Source: an uncultured Chloroflexia bacterium (lineage in GTDB: Bacteria; Chloroflexota; UBA6077; JACCZL01). From it: DNA of 64,000 bases. Where the stretch lies: contig CAVXYC010000015.1 of NCBI GenBank assembly GCA_963765765.1, forward strand, positions 256,001 through 320,000. The letters run 5' to 3'. The translations under genes were made by a program, and so were the position numbers. Positions 62,830 through 64,000 of this stretch are shown piece after piece. The notes under the pieces were generated by a model. It saw only the letters and a program-made list of their open reading frames with translations. It was not told the DNA's origin and did not search any database. The first letter of the stretch is position 1. Each line of letters opens with the position of its first letter.

Positions 62830-63567
62830 ATGGGCGTGCGTCTACGCGGGAAGGGTGCTTCCGTTCCCAGCATCCGGGGTACCCTTGAGAGCAACAGGAC
62901 AAGGAGCCGGGCCCCGATGCCGAGTGAATCAATCTTCGTACCTTCCGATGGGAGCGATTCCCTGGCAAACGATCGCCGAGCGCTCATGGCAGAGCTGGAC
63001 ATGCCGCCTGATGCATCGTGGAAACGATTCTTTGAGCCCGGGGAGTGGTGGGGACCAGAATGGGCAGGTTGGACTGTCGACAATTTTGGGATGTCCGCGC
63101 CCACTCCGTCAGGATGGCCACCTCCCTGGCCCTACCTCCTGTTGCAGTCGCCCGGCATGTCGGGTAGCGTCCTCATTCAGGTCTGGCGCACTATCGTGCA
63201 GGCCCCTGACTGCCCACTGAGACTGGAAAGACGCTGGCATCCCGATCATGGCGATCGTATTGACATCAAAGGGCTGGAGCGTAAACACACCCAGCACGAC
63301 ATCAGTGTCGCCAGCCGAGGTATCGAGTTACTCGCGCTCTCCGCCCGACAGGGCCGCAGTCAAGATGAGACCGATGACGCGGCGCTTGCTACATTCGTCG
63401 AGCTAGCCGACGCCTGGTTTGATCGACACCCGAACGCGAAGCCCGATGATCTTCAGTGGAGTCACATCCACGAGATGTCCTACCTATCGTGGAGCCGCTT
63501 CGACGCGACCAGATCCGATCACAAGATTGAGATTGCCGATGTGAAGCGGGGGTTGCGAAGTCGATGA
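62830..63567 (+). CDS. Hypothetical Trp-rich protein
   Basis: 245-aa open frame ending before a strong terminator; start uncertain (ATG 62917 possible). Confidence 0.55.
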   Translation: MGVRLRGKGASVPSIRGTLESNRTRSRAPMPSESIFVPSDGSDSLANDRRALMAELDMPPDASWKRFFEPGEWWGPEWAGWTVDNFGMSAPTPSGWPPPWPYLLLQSPGMSGSVLIQVWRTIVQAPDCPLRLERRWHPDHGDRIDIKGLERKHTQHDISVASRGIELLALSARQGRSQDETDDAALATFVELADAWFDRHPNAKPDDLQWSHIHEMSYLSWSRFDATRSDHKIEIADVKRGLRSR

Positions 63568-63612
63568 ACCACGTGCAGATCATTGTCGGCCAGACAGTTC
63601 ACTAGCTAACCG

Positions 63613-63654
63613 AACGAAAGGAAAGGGACCTCCGCGGGTCCCTTTCCTTTCGTT
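63613..63654. terminator. Hairpin terminator between convergent genes
   Basis: aacgaaaggaaagggacc...ggtccctttcctttcgtt. Confidence 0.85.
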
Positions 63655-64000
63655 ACAAGCTAGCGGCCGCGCCGCGAGCTACGGCTTTGCCCGGCGGTGC
63701 CGGGGCATCCGAGGAATTGCTCGGTGCACTGGGTGGATTGACCGGATTAGACGGTGCGCTTGGCGGATTGACGTTTATCGGCGGCGGGTTGACATTGACG
63801 TTCGGCGGCGCCTGCTGTGCCGGTGGATTCACCTGGACGTTGGTGTTGCTTCCGCCGAAGGCTGAACGGAGTGGTCCAGTAAATAGAAACCACAGGATTC
63901 CGATCAGGAACACAAGGACCAAGAAGACCGTCAGGAAATTTATGCCCGCTGCTGCCGTACGATCTGAGCCCGACGAGGGCGGATCAGTTCCCGGGGTATT
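63653..64000 (-). CDS. Pro/Asn-rich single-TM protein, 5' end probably outside the window
   Basis: TM FLTVFLVLVFLIGILWFLF followed by VNPP repeats. Confidence 0.65.
   Translation of the reverse strand, partial: NTPGTDPPSSGSDRTAAAGINFLTVFLVLVFLIGILWFLFTGPLRSAFGGSNTNVQVNPPAQQAPPNVNVNPPPINVNPPSAPSNPVNPPSAPSNSSDAPAPPGKAVARGAAASL

Overview
A gene-dense bacterial chromosome segment of moderately high GC. Gene content (DUF2723 glycosyltransferase, split b6-type cytochrome bc genes, GldAFG/DUF4340 ABC operon, Pro/Ala-linker lipoprotein SBPs, ZAS anti-sigma ECF pairs) suggests Chloroflexota; this is inference, not a database result. The left ~38 kb is mostly housekeeping, envelope and stress genes: broken PilZ gene, bactofilin, DUF1684, osmoprotectant ABC transporter, two ECF sigma/anti-sigma pairs, lgt, NYN protein, Rieske/cytochrome b, holB, two GT2s, queG, tpx, NDH-2, folC. 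The 38.5-54 kb region is an accessory aromatic/heterocycle catabolic region (Rieske oxygenase, two class II aldolase-fold proteins, degenerate LigB, FAD monooxygenase, SDR, incomplete transporters). It also holds GlgM-type GT4, a full-length ISLre2/ISKra4-like element with an 8-bp target duplication, and several palindromic repeat types. The right end has ilvE, a lone PhnD-like SBP, mscL, Hsp20, an SGNH protein, a GH13 and an IS1380 fragment. About ten genes carry frameshifts or in-frame stops, most likely assembly errors. The best novelty candidates are two paralogous unnamed ~80-aa 'STYWDC' proteins bracketing a thiol-type ECF/anti-sigma locus, a structured leader upstream of the PilZ gene, a DUF805-DUF5989 fusion, a LigB homolog missing key histidines, and back-to-back sigma54-like motifs. 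I saw no rRNA, tRNA or CRISPR array.
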